Of a DNA stretch of 37,340 nt, positions 36,606 to 37,340 are shown piece after piece. A program made the translations under genes and the position numbers. The notes under the pieces are model-generated. The model searched no databases and was not told the origin of the DNA. It saw only the letters and a list, made by a program, of their open reading frames with translations. The stretch's first letter is position 1. Every line of letters begins with the position of its first letter. Origin of the DNA: an uncultured archaeon (GTDB lineage Archaea; Asgardarchaeota; Lokiarchaeia; Sigyniarchaeales; SOKP01); contig CAZDTP010000021.1 in the NCBI GenBank assembly GCA_964508365.1, positions 13,298 to 50,637 on the forward strand. The letters are read 5' to 3'.

Positions 36606-37190
36606 ATGTCCGATAAAGAAGTTTCTGAACAGAAAAAGGAAAAAGAAAACATCGTAGTCAAAGGTTGGAACGAATTTGTTTCAAACATAACAAAGGAGTA
36701 CAATAATTTCCAAAAAAGTATTGAAGAAAGCACAAAGAAGAATACAGAATTGTGGAATCAGAATCAAGAAAAGATTAATAAATTTTTTGAAGGTGCTAAG
36801 GAAACTTGGAATACCACTATAAAAGAATGGGGGACTGAAATACCAAAAACACATAATGAAAATGTAGGTTCATGGAACGTTAATCTTGAAAAAGTTAACG
36901 CATTTTTTGAAAACAATCAACGATCTTGGGAAAATAAACTAGAAGAATGGAGTGCTGATTTTGAAAAAAGACAAACAGAGACTAAGGAACAATGGGAGGA
37001 AAGAAAACAGAAAATAGGCGAAGATATAAAGAACTGGCAAGATAAATCTAAAAGAGATTGGGAAAAAGGTCTGAAGACCTTCCGACGCGAAATGATGAAG
37101 GGATCGTATATGTTCCTTTTATTTATGTTACCAATATTAGCTGTGTTTGTTGTTATTGTGTTGTTAGTCACTCGATTATTTAATTATTAA
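36606..37190 (+). CDS. Tail-anchored protein with Trp-periodic amphipathic helical repeats
   Basis: Hydrophilic W/F-periodic helical body with a single C-terminal hydrophobic helix. Confidence 0.85.
   Translation: MSDKEVSEQKKEKENIVVKGWNEFVSNITKEYNNFQKSIEESTKKNTELWNQNQEKINKFFEGAKETWNTTIKEWGTEIPKTHNENVGSWNVNLEKVNAFFENNQRSWENKLEEWSADFEKRQTETKEQWEERKQKIGEDIKNWQDKSKRDWEKGLKTFRREMMKGSYMFLLFMLPILAVFVVIVLLVTRLFNY
36753..36992 (+). repeat. Intragenic 40-residue tandem protein repeat (two full copies plus a partial third)
   Basis: W50/W90/W130, FF60-61/FF100-101, W68/W108 and W75/W115 are spaced exactly 40 aa apart. Confidence 0.75.
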
Positions 37191-37216
37191 ACTCTGAGTT
37201 AATAACTTTTTGAAAC

Positions 37217-37340
37217 ATGTTAGAGATATTTATCTTTTCCTTTCTCGTTGCTCTTACTGGAGCGTTATCGCCAGGACCGCTATTAACATTTACAATTTAC
37301 AAGTCGATAAAGCAGAAAAGAGGTTACTTAGCAGCAATCT
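37217..37340 (+). CDS. LysE family translocator, 5' partial (runs off the window edge; absent from the ORF track)
   Basis: Hand translation MLEIFIFSFLVALTGALSPGPLLTFTIYKSIKQKRGYLAAI contains the LysE N-terminal SPGP motif followed by a basic stretch and G. Confidence 0.85.
   Translation, partial: MLEIFIFSFLVALTGALSPGPLLTFTIYKSIKQKRGYLAAI

Noticed and set aside
903-37171. Many short ORFs in the track antisense to or nested in larger genes (for example 903-1100, 3764-4063, 6632-6991, 9528-9863, 20732-21055, 23315-23602, 28167-28481, 33228-33446, 36917-37171)
   Set aside because: They overlap well-supported CDSs and have the S/I/F/L-rich composition of antisense shadows, with no motifs
37245-37290. 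GC-rich patch at the right edge considered as a SECIS or other structured RNA
   Set aside because: Fully explained as the ALTGALSPGP coding sequence of the LysE-family gene starting at 37217
1-37340. CRISPR array, tRNA, rRNA, IS element or integrase
   Set aside because: No regularly spaced repeats, cloverleaf-like GC-rich segments, rRNA-like sequence or transposase/recombinase motifs were seen by eye; a tRNAscan or Infernal run would be needed to exclude small RNAs

Overview
AT-rich, gene-dense archaeal chromosomal window, very likely from an Asgard archaeon (Lokiarchaeia-like). The basis is an archaeal TFB and archaeal/eukaryotic-type ProRS together with eukaryotic-signature proteins: a two-domain gelsolin, a Rab-like GTPase fusion and a standalone longin-like protein. 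About 37 CDSs are supported, including a partial LysE gene at the right edge that the ORF track missed. Content from left to right: a peptide/amino-acid catabolism block (pepD, PLP desulfhydrase with a Cys/Trp-rich tail, Glu/Leu/Phe/Val dehydrogenase, APC permease); a truncated or chimeric oligoendopeptidase F; proS; a divergent tfb; a longin-like/Rab fusion; larA; a GlpA-like three-gene oxidoreductase operon; a small foreign-looking Zn-ribbon relic; a five-gene NTF2/SDR/phytoene-desaturase-family/paralog-pair cluster; and a candidate membrane-cytoskeleton locus (30.7-34.9 kb) bracketed by two genes that share the same C-terminal Zn-ribbon module, one of them the gelsolin. I saw no rRNA, tRNA, CRISPR array or transposase. 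All family calls come from motif recognition by eye; no database searches were run.
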